A DNA stretch of 64,000 nucleotides from an uncultured Actinomycetes bacterium (GTDB lineage Bacteria > Actinomycetota > Acidimicrobiia > IMCC26256 > PALSA-555), in NCBI GenBank assembly GCA_963714105.1, contig OY970233.1, positions 225,154 through 289,153 on the forward strand. The letters run 5' to 3'. The number at the start of each line of letters is the position of its first letter. Position 1 is the stretch's first letter. Shown one piece after another: positions 38,730 through 49,673 of this stretch. The notes beneath the pieces were generated by a model that saw nothing but the letters and a program-made list of their open reading frames with translations, was not told the origin of the DNA and did not search any database. The translations under genes were made by a program, and so were the position numbers.

Positions 38730-41041
38730 GTGTCGTCCTCGTGGGCGCGTCCGTCGCGGACGCCGCGGGCGTGGCGGGTGAGGAGGTCGTGGACTCGCTC
38801 GGGGCGGGGGCGGCCCTGCTCGGTCGGCGGCCCGGGTGGCGCGGGTCGGTGCGAGAGGTTCGCGCCGGGGACTCGGGCGATGAGCGGCTCCCGGCGTTCG
38901 CCGTCGTCGGTGTGGACGCGCCGTCGAGGCAGCTCGCTGTTGGGGGTCGGGTCGGTCCAGGCGACGGCCGGTTCCCGGGCCGGTTCCGGGGGTGGCGGCG
39001 GGTCGGGGGTGACCCGCGGCGGGGCGGGCCGCTCGGGGCGTTCGGGCCGTTCCGGGGCGGGTGGCGCGGCCGCGGTGGCGGGGCCGACGGGGATGGCCTC
39101 GAGGACGAGGATGGGCTCGTCGGCGGGGGGTCGGGGTGGCGTCTCGGTGTCGGGGCCGGCGCTGCGGGCGAGGATCGTGGCGGGGAGGGCGACGAGGGCG
39201 GTGAGCCCGACCGGCGCGGCGCGGCGGAGCTGCACGTAGATGCCGTGGCGAGCCGCGAGGTGGGCGACGACGTGGAGGCCGAGGGTTCGGGAGAGCGCGA
39301 GCCCGGGTGCGGGGGGCCGGGCGAGGAGCGCGTTGATCTGGGCGAGGCGTTCGTCGTCGACACCGATGCCTTCGTCGGTGAGGGTGATGACGTAGCGGCG
39401 GTCGCTGGGGGCGCCGGAGACGACGACGGGAGTCGACGGCGGGGAGAACGCAGTGGCGTTCTCGAGCAGCTCGGCGAGGAGGTGGGTGACGTCGGCGACG
39501 GCATGGCCGGCGACGGCGAGGTCGCCTTCGAAGCCGAGGTAGCGGATGCGGGCGAAGTCGGCGATCTCGGCGGCGGCGGCGCGGGCGACGTCGATGATCG
39601 GGATCGGGGTGCGCCACTGGCGGGGCTGCTCCGAGCCGGACAGGACGAGGAGGCTCTCGGCGTTTCGGCGCATGCGGGTGGCGAGGTGGTCGAGCTCGAA
39701 CAGGGACGCGAGCTCGTCGGGTTCGGCGGCGTCGCGTTCGAGATCGTCGAGGAGGGCGAGCTGACGGTCGAGGAGGCTCTGGTTGCGGCGGGCGAGGTTG
39801 ACGTAGAGGTCGCCGATGCCCTTCCGGAGGAGCGCGGCTTGCTCTTCCGCGACGGCGACGGCGACCCGCTGGACGTTCGTGAACGCCTTGGCGAGCGCAC
39901 CGATCTCGTCGTTGGATTCGACGTTGATGGGTGTGAGCGCGTCGAGCTGGTCGGGTGAGACGTGCCCGCCGGCGCGGACGGTGTCGACGAGCTGGGGGAG
40001 GCGACGTTCGGACACGTTGCGGGCGGCGCGGGTGAGCGCGCGGAGCGGCTTGTTGAGGGACTGGACGAGCGCCCAGGCGAGCAGGAGGACGAGGCCGATG
40101 AGCGCGGCGGTGCCGGCGGCGGCGAGGACGAGCTGGGTGCGCGCGGTTGCTTCCTTGCTGACCGCGCTGCGGTCGGTGAGGGCCTGGATCGCGTCGATAC
40201 CTCGGTCGGCGCTCGACTGCTTGGTCAGGAACGCCTGCATGTAGTCGGCGGCGGCGGGTGGCGTGGCAGGGAACGCGGCCGGCAGGTCACCGGGGACGGT
40301 CGAGCGGAGCGGGTCCGGTGCCGGCGTTCCGACCGCGGTCTCGTAGGCGTGCACCTCGGCCGGTGTCGCCGTGGTGAGGAACGCGTTGAGGTTGGTCTGC
40401 TGGTCGTGGACGGCGGCGTCCCACGCGGCGACGCTGCCGGGACCGCCGAGCAGCCAGCGCATCACGACGGTCGCTTCGGCCCCGTTGGCGAGCTGGGCGC
40501 GGCGGAGGTTCACGATGCCGAGCAGGCTGGTGGAGAGGCCGCGGTCTTTGACGTCACGGGCGACCGCTTCGGAGGTGTCCATCGCGTTGGTGGCCAGGTC
40601 GGTGAACGCGCCGCTGGCGTCGCTCTTCAGGTTGACTACGGCGCGGGTGGTGATCTGGAGGATCTGGAGGCGGTTGGCGACGTCTCGGACCGCGCTCATG
40701 GTCGCGGGGGTGACATGCCCGTTCATGGAGCTGAGCGACTGGTTCAGGGCGGCGGCGGCGGCGTCGGTGGCGTTACGGGTGTCGAGGATGAGCGCTTTCG
40801 CGGCGGGGGGGTTCGGGCTGGGGGTGCCGTCGTACCACTGCGCCGCGACGCCTTCGTCGGTGACGGCGCGTGCGACGCGGGTGAGGGCCTCGAAACCGGG
40901 GACGACGTGGCCGTACTGCTGCTCGGTGGAGAGGGCGTTGAACCGGCCGTCGATGGTGAGACCGGCGAAGCCGATGAGCGCGAAGAGCGGCACGCTCACC
41001 ACGAGGATGAGCTTGGTCCGGAACGGCAGTCTGCCGAGCAT
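38726..41041 (-). CDS. conservon membrane sensor histidine kinase (CvnA-like, HAMP domain)
   Basis: Two TM helices, HAMP, NLARRNQSL, LFELDHLATRMRRNAESLLVL, ELLENAT, DEGIG, Pro-rich tail. ATG 41041 has a GGGGA RBS; 41059 is an alternative. Confidence 0.92.
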   Translation of the reverse strand: MLGRLPFRTKLILVVSVPLFALIGFAGLTIDGRFNALSTEQQYGHVVPGFEALTRVARAVTDEGVAAQWYDGTPSPNPPAAKALILDTRNATDAAAAALNQSLSSMNGHVTPATMSAVRDVANRLQILQITTRAVVNLKSDASGAFTDLATNAMDTSEAVARDVKDRGLSTSLLGIVNLRRAQLANGAEATVVMRWLLGGPGSVAAWDAAVHDQQTNLNAFLTTATPAEVHAYETAVGTPAPDPLRSTVPGDLPAAFPATPPAAADYMQAFLTKQSSADRGIDAIQALTDRSAVSKEATARTQLVLAAAGTAALIGLVLLLAWALVQSLNKPLRALTRAARNVSERRLPQLVDTVRAGGHVSPDQLDALTPINVESNDEIGALAKAFTNVQRVAVAVAEEQAALLRKGIGDLYVNLARRNQSLLDRQLALLDDLERDAAEPDELASLFELDHLATRMRRNAESLLVLSGSEQPRQWRTPIPIIDVARAAAAEIADFARIRYLGFEGDLAVAGHAVADVTHLLAELLENATAFSPPSTPVVVSGAPSDRRYVITLTDEGIGVDDERLAQINALLARPPAPGLALSRTLGLHVVAHLAARHGIYVQLRRAAPVGLTALVALPATILARSAGPDTETPPRPPADEPILVLEAIPVGPATAAAPPAPERPERPERPAPPRVTPDPPPPPEPAREPAVAWTDPTPNSELPRRRVHTDDGERREPLIARVPGANLSHRPAPPGPPTEQGRPRPERVHDLLTRHARGVRDGRAHEDDT

Positions 41042-41076
41042 GCAATCCCCAGGGTGCATGCCCGCCCCTTCGGGGT

Positions 41077-41105
41077 TTTACGGCACCCCCCGGGGGGCCC
41101 TTGAG
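41077..41105 (-). promoter_or_regulatory. putative sigma-28/FliA/WhiG-type promoter of the conservon
   Basis: Minus strand CTCAAG-N15-GCCGTAAA in the short ftsK-conservon gap. Confidence 0.55.
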
Positions 41106-41123
41106 GGGCGAGTCCGGGGTCGC

Positions 41124-43568
41124 CTACTCCCGCTCGTAGCGGGCTTCGAGCTCCTCCTCGGTCATGAGGACGGTGCGGGCCTTCGACCCTTCGGAGGGGC
41201 CGACGACCCCTCGGCGTTCGAGGAGGTCCATGAGCCGGCCGGCTCGGGCGAACCCGACCCGGAGCTTGCGTTGGAGCATGGAGGTGGAGCCGAGCCGGGA
41301 CCGCACGACGAGCTCCATGGCGTCGGCGAGGAGGTCGTCGTCGTCACCGGCGTCGCCACCGGCCCGGGCGGCCCCGGCGGCGTCCTCGGCGATGCCGTCG
41401 ACGTAGTGGGGTTCGACGGCTTGGCGACGCCAGTGCGCGGTGAGCTTGTGGACACAGTCCTCGTCGACCCAGGCGCCCTGCACTCGTCGGGGTCGGGTCT
41501 CGCTGGCGGTGACGAGGAGCATGTCGCCTTGCCCGACCAGCTTCTCGGCGCCGGACTGGTCGAGGATGACCCGCGAGTCGGCGAGGCTGGTGACGGAGAA
41601 GGCCATCCGGCTGGGGACGTTGGCTTTGATCACGCCGGTGATGACGTCGACCGAGGGGCGCTGGGTCGCGATGACGAGGTGGATGCCGACGGCGCGGGCC
41701 ATCTGGGCGATGCGGCAGATGCTGGCCTCGACGTCGCGGGCCGCGACCATCATCAGGTCGTTGAGCTCGTCGACGACGACGACGATGTAGGGGAGCCGCT
41801 CGTAGCCCTTCCCGGTGATCGGGTCGGGGTCGTCGGGGGTGGGCAGGTCACCGCGGTCGAACGCGGCGTTGAAGCCGCTGATGTCGCGGACGCCGATCTC
41901 GGCGAGGAGCTCGTAGCGCAAGTCCATCTCGCGGACGGCCCAGTCGAGCGCGTTGGCGGCTTTCTTGGGGTTGGTGACCACCGCGGTGAGGAGGTGGGGG
42001 ACGTCGTTGTACGCGCCGAGCTCGACCCGTTTCGGGTCGACGAGGATGAGCCGGACCCGGTCGGGGGTGTTGCGCATGAGCAGTGACGTGACGAGCGAGT
42101 TGATGCAGCTCGACTTGCCCGCGCCGGTCGCGCCGGCGATGAGGACGTGCGGGAGGGTGGCGAGGTCGAGCATGACCGCCTGACCGGAGATGTCGCGACC
42201 GAGCCCGACCGCGAGCGGCTCGCGTCGCGGCTTTGGCTTCGGGGGCGGCGAGGATGTCGCCGAGGGTGACGAGCTGACGGACCTTGTTCGGCACCTCGAC
42301 GCCGATGGCGCTGCGACCGGGGATCGGGGCGAGGATGCGCACGTCGGCGGACGCCATCGCATAGGCGAGGTCGTGGGCGAGGCTGGTGACCCGGTTGACC
42401 TTCACCCCGGGTGCGAGCTCGAGCTCGTAGCGGGTCACGGTCGGGCCGACGGTCATGCCGACCAGGTGGGCGTCGACGCCGTGCTGGTGGAGCGCCTCTT
42501 CGAGCACCGTGCCGGACTGCTCGGCGACGCGCCGGTCGGCTTTCGCCTTGGCGCCTCGAGCCAGGATCGTGGCCGGCGGCAGCGTCCACCCGCCGCGCTT
42601 GGCGCTCCGGGCGACGTCGAGGGCCATCTGCCCGTCGGTCTCCTCGACGACGGCGACGGGGGGCAGGTCGGGTTGGGTCGTCTCGGCCGGGGTGGGCTCG
42701 TCGGGGACGACGTCGAGCTCGAGGTCGTAGAGCTCGGCGATGCCCGTCGCCCGCGTCGCGCCGTCGACGTCGCCAGCGTCGCTCGAGGGTTCGTCGGCGG
42801 CTCCGGCGGGGTCGTCGTCGGTGGCCTCCGTGGGGCGCGCCGGGTTCGGGTCGCGAGGTGGTGGACCCCCGCGGCGGTGGCGCGGGCGGCTCGGCCGATC
42901 GCGGCGCTGACCCGACGGGCCGAGACGCCGGGGACGAGCAGCGCACCGAGGAGCGCCAAGCCGACGAGGATCACCGCGGCGCCGACGGTGCCCGCGGCCG
43001 CGGCGAGCCCGCCGCCGGTCGCGGCGCCGAGGTAGCCGCCGGCTTCGCGGAGCGAGCCGACCGGCCCGGTGATCGAGGGGGACCCGCTGGCCAGCTGCAG
43101 CAGCCCGACCACGGCGAGCGCGAGGAGGAGGACGCCGACGGCGATCCGCAGCGGCGCGGGTTCGTCGGGAGGGCCGGCCGGCTCGCCGTCGGCGTCGACC
43201 CGGTCGGGGTCGGCGAGGTGGCGGTCGGGCCCGAAGGCAGGCCCAGGCCAGCGCGGCGCACACGACCGGGACGGCGTACCGGGCGTTCCCGACGAGCGCG
43301 CCGAGGGCGTGGTTGAGGCCGACGCCGACCGAGCCGGCCAGGTTCGAGGCCAGCCCGAGGGCGGTCAGCGCGGCGAGGACGAGGAGCCCGACACCGGCGG
43401 CGTCGTTGCGGTGACGGCCGAGCTGGCCGGCGGGCCGCGTCGGCGAGGTCGTGGCGAGGCGGGTCGGGTGGCGCGGCGCGGCGGCGCCCGCCGGTCGGGG
43501 TGCCCGGTGGTCGAGCGCGACCCCCGGCTGCGGGCCGGTCGGGAACGGGTGGTGGTACGGGACGCCAC
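41124..43568 (-). CDS. ftsK: DNA translocase FtsK (several frameshifts)
   Basis: TM N-terminus, [47 protein letters not shown], gamma domain [18 protein letters not shown], split across frames. Confidence 0.92.
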
Positions 43569-43661
43569 CCGGGTCACGCTAACACCAGCCTCAAAAGCGC
43601 CAGCGGACACACTGGCCGCTTGGCCCACGCCCCGTGCCGGGGGCTGGGGGGTGGGGGCGGT

Positions 43662-44452
43662 TCAGAGGGCGGGGGCGTAGCCGCCGTCGACCGGGTACAC
43701 CTGGCCGGTGATCCACTCGGCGGCGTCGCTGCAGAGCAGCACGGCGAGCGGGGCGGGGTCGTCGACCCGGCCGAGGCGACCGACGGGGTAGCTGCGGGCG
43801 AGCTTGGATCTCGAGGCTCGGGGTCGGCTTCGATCGCCTCGGCGAGCGCGTCGTGCTTCATGGACCCGAGGGAGATGCAGTTGACGGTGACGCCGTGGCG
43901 TCCGACCTCCGCGGCGAGACCGCGGGCGAAGCCCATGGCCGCGGCTTCGGCGGCGCCGTAGACGACCTGGCGGCGTTCCCCGCGGCGGCCGGCGTCGGAG
44001 ACGATGACGAGGACGCGGCCCCAGCGGGCTTCGAGCATGGCGGGGAGGTAGGCGTGGGTGACGTGGAGGACGCCGGCGAGGTTGACGCGGATGACGGGGT
44101 CCCAGTCGTCGGGGCCGGTGTCGACGAAGGGGACGAGGCGGGTGCCGCTGCTCCAGGAGCGCACACCGCTGCCCGCGTTGTTGACGAGGATGTCGAGCGG
44201 GCCGGTCGTCGTGTACATGGCCTGCACGGATTCGTGGTCGCAGACGTCGGCGACGACGGGGTCGGCGGTGCCACCTTCGTCGCGGATGTCGGCGCAGGTG
44301 CTCTCGGCTCGTTCGGGGGAGAGGTCGTTGACCCAGATGCTGGCGCCCGCGCGGGCCATCTGGATGGCGATCGCCCGACCGATGCCAGCGCCAGCGCCGG
44401 TGACGAGCGCGGCGCGTCCGCCGATGAAGTTGGACCAGTCCCGGATGGTCAC
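43662..44452 (-). CDS. SDR family oxidoreductase (frameshift near 43812)
   Basis: TGAGAGIG, LVNNAG; C-terminus YPVGRLGRVDD...ITGQVYPVDGGY lies in another frame. Confidence 0.85.
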
Positions 44453-44469
44453 GGATCGGCCGTCACGGT

Positions 44470-46131
44470 TCAGACCTCGATGACGACGGGGATGACCGCG
44501 GGGCGGCGGCGGGTGCGCTCGTTGATGAGTCGCCCGAGCGCCCGGCGGGCGTTGCGGCGGAGGGCCTCGTGGTCGAGGGCGCCGTCGCGGGCGGACTGGG
44601 TGATGGCGTCGCGGACGGCGGTGCGGGCGTCTTCGAGGAGCTCGTCGGCTTCGGCTTCGTAGACCCAGCCTCGGGTGACGATCTCGGGTCCGGTGACGAG
44701 GTCACCGGTGGTGGCGTCGACGGTGACGATGACGACGACGAATCCTTCTTCGGCGAGGTTGCGGCGGTCGCGGAGAACGCCGTGGCTGATGTCACCGGCG
44801 GTTCCGTCGACGTACTGGTAGCCGGCGGAGACGGCGCGGCGTTCGACCTCGAGGCCACGGCGGTCGACGCTGACCACGTCGCCGTCCTCGCAGACGAGCA
44901 CGTGGTCGGGAGGGACGCCCATGTCTTCGGCGAGCTCGGCGTGGTGGACGAGGTGCCGGTACTCCCCGTGGACGGGGATGAACCATTCGGGGGTGACGAC
45001 CCCGAGGACGAACTTGAGCTCCTCGCGGGAGGCGTGACCGGAGACGTGCACCGGCGCGGTCGCGTCGTGCAGGACGATGGCGCCGGCCCGGTAGAGCCCG
45101 TCGATGACCTTGGTGACGCTGGCTTCGTTGCCGGGGATGGCGTGCGCGGAGAGGACGACGACGTCATCGTCGCTGACCTTGATGAGCTTGTGCTCGTGGC
45201 TGGCCATGAGCGCGAGGGCGCTCATGGGTTCACCTTGGGAGCCGGTGCAGATGATGCACACCTCGCCGGGGGCGTAGCGGGCGACCTCTTCGGGGTCGAT
45301 GATGCGACTCGGTGGGAGGTCGAGGAGGCCCATCTCGCGGCCGAGGGTGACGTTCTGGCTCATGGACCGGCCGAGGAACGCGACGCGGCGGCCCGCGGCG
45401 ATTGCCTCGCGGGCGACTTGCTCGACTCGGTGGAGGTGGGAGGCGAACGAGGCGACGATGAACCGGCGGTCGACGTGGTCGCGGAACAGGTCGCGCATGA
45501 CCGCGCCGATGGTCGATTCGGAGGCGGTGTAGCCGGGGCGTTCGGCGTTGGTGGAGTCGGAGAGCAAGACGCGGACACCGGCCCGGCCGAGCTCACCGAG
45601 GCGGGCGAGGTCGGTGCGGCGCCCGTCGACGGGGGTGAGGTCGAGTTTGAAGTCGCCGGTGTGGAGGATGGTGCCGGCCGGGGTGGAGTAGGCGACCGCG
45701 AACGCGTGGGGGACGGAGTGGGCGACGGGGATGAACTCGCAGTCGACGGGTCCGATGCGGCGGGTCTCGCCGTCGTGGACGGGGATCAGCTTGGTGCGGT
45801 TGAGGACCCCGGATTCTTCGATGCGGTTGCGGGCCAGTCCGAGGGAGAGGGGTGACCCGTAGATGGGGGCGGAGACGTCGCGGAGCAGGTAGGCGAGGCC
45901 GCCGACGTGGTCTTCGTGCCCGTGGGTGACGACGATCCCGTCGACTTGGTCGGCGTGTTCTCGGAGGTAGCGGAAGTCGGGGAGGACGAGGTCGATGCCG
46001 GGCATGTCGGCGTCGGGGAACATGAGGCCGCAGTCGACGACGACGATGCGGCCCTCGACCTCGAGGCAGAAGCAGTTGCGTCCGATCTCGCCCAGACCGC
46101 CGAGGAAGACGATCCGGACGGGCGCGGCCAT
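44470..46131 (-). CDS. rnj: ribonuclease J
   Basis: LGGLGEIGRN, THGHEDHVG, HTGDFK, DSTNA, GSQGEP, HVSGH, PVHGE. Confidence 0.97.
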   Translation of the reverse strand: MAAPVRIVFLGGLGEIGRNCFCLEVEGRIVVVDCGLMFPDADMPGIDLVLPDFRYLREHADQVDGIVVTHGHEDHVGGLAYLLRDVSAPIYGSPLSLGLARNRIEESGVLNRTKLIPVHDGETRRIGPVDCEFIPVAHSVPHAFAVAYSTPAGTILHTGDFKLDLTPVDGRRTDLARLGELGRAGVRVLLSDSTNAERPGYTASESTIGAVMRDLFRDHVDRRFIVASFASHLHRVEQVAREAIAAGRRVAFLGRSMSQNVTLGREMGLLDLPPSRIIDPEEVARYAPGEVCIICTGSQGEPMSALALMASHEHKLIKVSDDDVVVLSAHAIPGNEASVTKVIDGLYRAGAIVLHDATAPVHVSGHASREELKFVLGVVTPEWFIPVHGEYRHLVHHAELAEDMGVPPDHVLVCEDGDVVSVDRRGLEVERRAVSAGYQYVDGTAGDISHGVLRDRRNLAEEGFVVVIVTVDATTGDLVTGPEIVTRGWVYEAEADELLEDARTAVRDAITQSARDGALDHEALRRNARRALGRLINERTRRRPAVIPVVIEV

Positions 46132-46210
46132 GCCGATGAAGTTACTGGCTGTCGGTGCTGGACCAAGGCGCCGAGCAGGGAGGTCCGCGACGCGCCATGG
46201 GTCGTGCGGG

Positions 46211-47329
46211 TCAGGCGGGGGCGCCGGCCTTGTCCTTGGCGACCTCGTCGAGGGCGCCGTACTCCTCGCCTGTGTCGACCCAGTCCTCGAACTGGATGAC
46301 GCCCAGTTCGGTGAAGCGGTCGCGAAGCCACCCGTCGGCGGCGTCGAGGAGCCCGAGCTTCTTGCAGTTGGGGACGATCTTCGAGAACAGCATGGACTGG
46401 AACAGCGGTCGGTCAGGGTCGTTGACGACGACCTTGAGGGCCTCCTTGACGTCGACGCCCATGCGCTCCCAGACCTCTTGCTGGAGGAACCGGTCGCGCA
46501 TGCGCACCGCGGCCTCGAACGCGAACTCTTGGCGTTCCCGGATCTCGGAGGCGTCGAGCTCGGCGTAGTACTCCTTCAGGGAGAGGACGCCGAAGGCGAC
46601 GTGGCGGGCCTCGTCGCTCATCACGTAGCGGAGCAGCTGCTTCAGGAGCGGCTCGGTGGTCGTCTGGTGCATGAAGCCGAACGCGGCGAGGGCGAGACCC
46701 TCGACCATGATCTGCATCCCGAGGTAGGTCATGTCCCAACGGCTGTCGACGATGATGTCGTCGAGCAGCATGCGCAGGTGCGCGTTGATCGGGTACATGC
46801 CGGAGAGCTTCTCGGAGAGGTAGCGGCTGAACACCTCGACGTGGCGGGCTTCGTCCATGACTTGGGTCGACGCGTAGTACTTGGCGTCGATCCAGGGGAC
46901 GGTCTCGACGATCTGTGCGGTGCAGATCAACGCGCCTTGCTCGCCGTGCATGAACTGGGACAGCGTCCAGTTCTGCGATTCGATGTTGAACTCGAGCCAT
47001 TCCTTGTCGCCCCAGTTCTGGAAGGGCGTGCCGGTGAGGTCGAGCCGCTGGTCGCCATAGCCGTTCTGGATCTGGTTGGCGACCGCGACGGCTTCCTGGT
47101 CGACGTCGGTTTCCCACGGGAGGTCGCGGGAGTTCCACTGCGACGTCTTGGCCTTCTCGTAGAGCTTGAGGAGGGGCTTGCGGCTCTGCTCGTAGTCCCA
47201 CGTGAAGATCGCGTCGGCGTTGGCGCGGATCGCGTGGGCGACTTCGTCGGAGTCGCTGTTGGTGATGGCCAAGATGGCGTCGAGATCGTCGACGTCGGCA
47301 CGGCCGATGAGGTCTTCGGTGCTCGACAT
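46211..47329 (-). CDS. ferritin-like diiron-carboxylate protein
   Basis: HGEQGAL, DEARHVE, VEGLAL, DEARHVAFG (E...ExxH...E...ExxH). Confidence 0.88.
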   Translation of the reverse strand: MSSTEDLIGRADVDDLDAILAITNSDSDEVAHAIRANADAIFTWDYEQSRKPLLKLYEKAKTSQWNSRDLPWETDVDQEAVAVANQIQNGYGDQRLDLTGTPFQNWGDKEWLEFNIESQNWTLSQFMHGEQGALICTAQIVETVPWIDAKYYASTQVMDEARHVEVFSRYLSEKLSGMYPINAHLRMLLDDIIVDSRWDMTYLGMQIMVEGLALAAFGFMHQTTTEPLLKQLLRYVMSDEARHVAFGVLSLKEYYAELDASEIRERQEFAFEAAVRMRDRFLQQEVWERMGVDVKEALKVVVNDPDRPLFQSMLFSKIVPNCKKLGLLDAADGWLRDRFTELGVIQFEDWVDTGEEYGALDEVAKDKAGAPA

Positions 47330-47334
47330 GGAAG

Positions 47335-47971
47335 TCACCTCCGGGTCGGGGTGGGGGGCTGGGAGCGGTGGCCGGGGGCCGCGACGGCGGGGACGACGAA
47401 CTCGCGGGCGTAGGCCCGCACCGCGGGATTCGTCGTCGAGGTCGACGGGTGGGACCGGGTCGAAGAGAAGGCCGAGACCGACGCGGGTGATCCACTCCGC
47501 GGCGCGCGGGGCCTGCCCGGCGCCGACGTGGGGCGCGAGCATCGGGGCGAGGGTCTCGGTGGCGGCGATGAGGAAGTGGTCGCCGCCCGTGAAGGCGAGG
47601 TGGGGCAGGACCTTCTCGGGTTCGAAGGCGGCGACGTAGTTCAGCGCCGGGTGGTGGCCGAGTTCGGCGCCGGCGGTGACGAGGAGCGCGACGACGGCGT
47701 CTTCGACGGTGCCCGCGGCGGCCGCGGCGGCTGCGAGGGCGGCGGTGACGCGGCGGGCTTCGCTGCGGAGCGCGGCGTCGAGGACGGCCTGCTTGCTGGC
47801 GAAGTAGCGATAGAGGGTGGCTCGGGAACAGCCGGCCTCGCGGGCCACGTCGTCGAGGGTGGTCTTGCGGACCCCTTGGCGGGCCACGCAGCTCAGCAGC
47901 GCCTCGACGGCCCGGTCGGCCTGGTCACCCTGGCGGAGCTCGTGGTCACGGTCGGCGATCCCTACGGTCAT
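47335..47971 (-). CDS. TetR/AcrR family regulator (frameshift near 47425)
   Basis: KTTLDDVAREAGCSRATLYRYF; C-terminus VRAYAREFVVPAV lies in an alternate frame. Confidence 0.85.
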
Positions 47972-47975
47972 TGCC

Positions 47976-48002
47976 TGAGACAATACGACTCGATTCGTCT
48001 CA
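47976..48002. promoter_or_regulatory. inverted-repeat operator (probable TetR site)
   Basis: TGAGAC-N15-GTCTCA overlapping the minus-strand TATTGT -10 just before the TetR ATG. Confidence 0.6.
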
Positions 48003-48366
48003 GCATCAACCATTGGCGGTGTGGCGTGACGCTCGTCACCCCCCTCCTGGCGCCTCGCCAGGTTCATGCCCCTCAGACGGCCGAGCCGGCCTCGTCGATC
48101 GCCCGGTCCGGGGTCGGTGGCTCTCACGGTGCCGCGCACCGTGGCGACCACCGGGAGCCGGGACGGGTTGGCCAGGGTGCGCGGGGGCCGCGTCTCGGTG
48201 GTGGCCGCAGCGCCCGGGGTGGTGTTCGACCTCGAGGTCGTCGGGCGCGCGGCGCCCGCGTGCCGCCGCTCACGCGCGTGAACGACGGCACGCCTGTCCG
48301 GGCGACGTGGGGTTCCGGAGCGCCGCGTCGGCGGACGGGCGGTCCGTCGTGAACCGTCGCGGCTCG

Positions 48367-49110
48367 CTACGCGTTGAGGATCTTGGCCTTCTGGGCGGCG
48401 AACTCCTCGTCCGTCAGCACGCCGCTCTTGTGGAGGTCCGCCAGCTTGGTCAGCTGCTCCGCCGGGTCGGGCTTGGCGGCGGCGGCCGCCTGCCCGGCAG
48501 CCTGGCCCACCATGTCCTGGAGGCTTTGACCGCCGACCATGATGTTCGGGCCCGCGCTGGCCGTGACCAGTGCGTCGATGACGGCCTGGCTCGGGGCGTC
48601 CTTGGCGACCATGAACCTGGAAGGCATGCCGGTGGCGGCGGTGTTCACTGCGGCAGCCTTCAGGTACTTGTTCTTGCCGCCTTCGATCGGCAGGTACAGG
48701 GTGAGGGTTTGCCGGTCGTCGGGGATCCCTTGTGCCGCGTTCGCCATGGAGGCGCCTTGACTGGCGCGGAAACCCTCGCGGGGCCAGGACCTGATCACCT
48801 TGCCGCCTTCGCGCTTGTCGTCGAGCGCGTAGACCTGGCTGTCGGTGACGGCGAGGATGAAGCTCTTCGGCAGCCCGGCGGTCTCCATTCCTTTCGCCAT
48901 CTTGCCCACGCCCGGCATGACTCCGGTCACGGCCTTCATGCCCTTCATCATGCCCCGGGTGGCTCCGCCGACGCCGGCCGCGCCGGCGGCCATGTCCATG
49001 GTGACCTGCTCGCATCGGGTCGCCGCGACCACTGGTTCGGAGACCACCGAAGCCGCGATGTTGGAGGCGTCCTGGTTCATCTGCAGTTCGTCGTTCGAGA
49101 GCGGCTTCAT
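48367..49110 (-). CDS. SHOCT domain-containing protein
   Basis: C-terminal DPAEQLTKLADLHKSGVLTDEEFAAQKAKIL; AGGAG RBS. Confidence 0.85.
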   Translation of the reverse strand: MKPLSNDELQMNQDASNIAASVVSEPVVAATRCEQVTMDMAAGAAGVGGATRGMMKGMKAVTGVMPGVGKMAKGMETAGLPKSFILAVTDSQVYALDDKREGGKVIRSWPREGFRASQGASMANAAQGIPDDRQTLTLYLPIEGGKNKYLKAAAVNTAATGMPSRFMVAKDAPSQAVIDALVTASAGPNIMVGGQSLQDMVGQAAGQAAAAAKPDPAEQLTKLADLHKSGVLTDEEFAAQKAKILNA

Positions 49111-49267
49111 GTCTTCTCCTGGTGTTGATGTTTGGTTTTCCGCCGCGGGGCCGCGGCGGACTGTAACGCCTCTGGGACCGGCCCACCGGGGCCGATCCTC
49201 CGCGGGCGGGTCGTGCTCGCGCGCGGGTTCGGTTCGTGGGCAGTTCCTGGTCGAGCAGCGGGTCCCA

Positions 49268-49576
49268 TCAGCCTCCGGTCCAGTCGAGCGCGACGGTCGT
49301 CGGGTCCGCCGGGTCGACCCGGACGCCGACCTGACCGCCGGGCTGGAGGCGGGGCAGGTTTTCGAGAGGAACCTGGGTGGTGAGCTGGACCGCGTACGGG
49401 TCCTTGCCCTCGATCGCGACCTGGAGGTCGAGCACGATCTGGGGATTGAAGTTGACGAGCATGCCGGTGTCGGTCAAGTTCGTGATCGTGGCTGTGCCGG
49501 GCGTCCCGTCGGTGAGCAGCGCCTGCTGGGCCTGGAGGTTGTCCCGCATGGCCTTGGCGTCATCGAGGATCCCCAT
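49268..49576 (-). CDS. small hypothetical beta-rich (OB-fold-like) protein
   Basis: LLTDGTPGTATITNLTDTGMLVNFNPQIVLDLQV...RLQPGGQVGVRVDPADP. Confidence 0.7.
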   Translation of the reverse strand: MGILDDAKAMRDNLQAQQALLTDGTPGTATITNLTDTGMLVNFNPQIVLDLQVAIEGKDPYAVQLTTQVPLENLPRLQPGGQVGVRVDPADPTTVALDWTGG

Positions 49577-49673
49577 CGGCGCTGCGCCTTCTGATGGCAG
49601 TTCGGTGGCGCGGCGGTTGCCGGCCTTCGTGGCCAACTATGGGCTCCCGGGGCCGGGCGGTCCTGAGTAAGCG

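Noticed and set aside
48026-48039. GTGA-N6-TCAC CRP/GlxR-like site upstream of the TetR-diiron unit
   Set aside because: Only 8 informative bases, which can occur by chance; no supporting evidence.
46211-49186. 991-aa TetR-ferritin fusion ORF; likewise M16-DapB (50298..52682) and RibF-S15 (55043..56335) fusions
   Set aside because: Each joins through a frameshifted junction. The true C-termini are visible in another frame and the downstream genes have their own starts.
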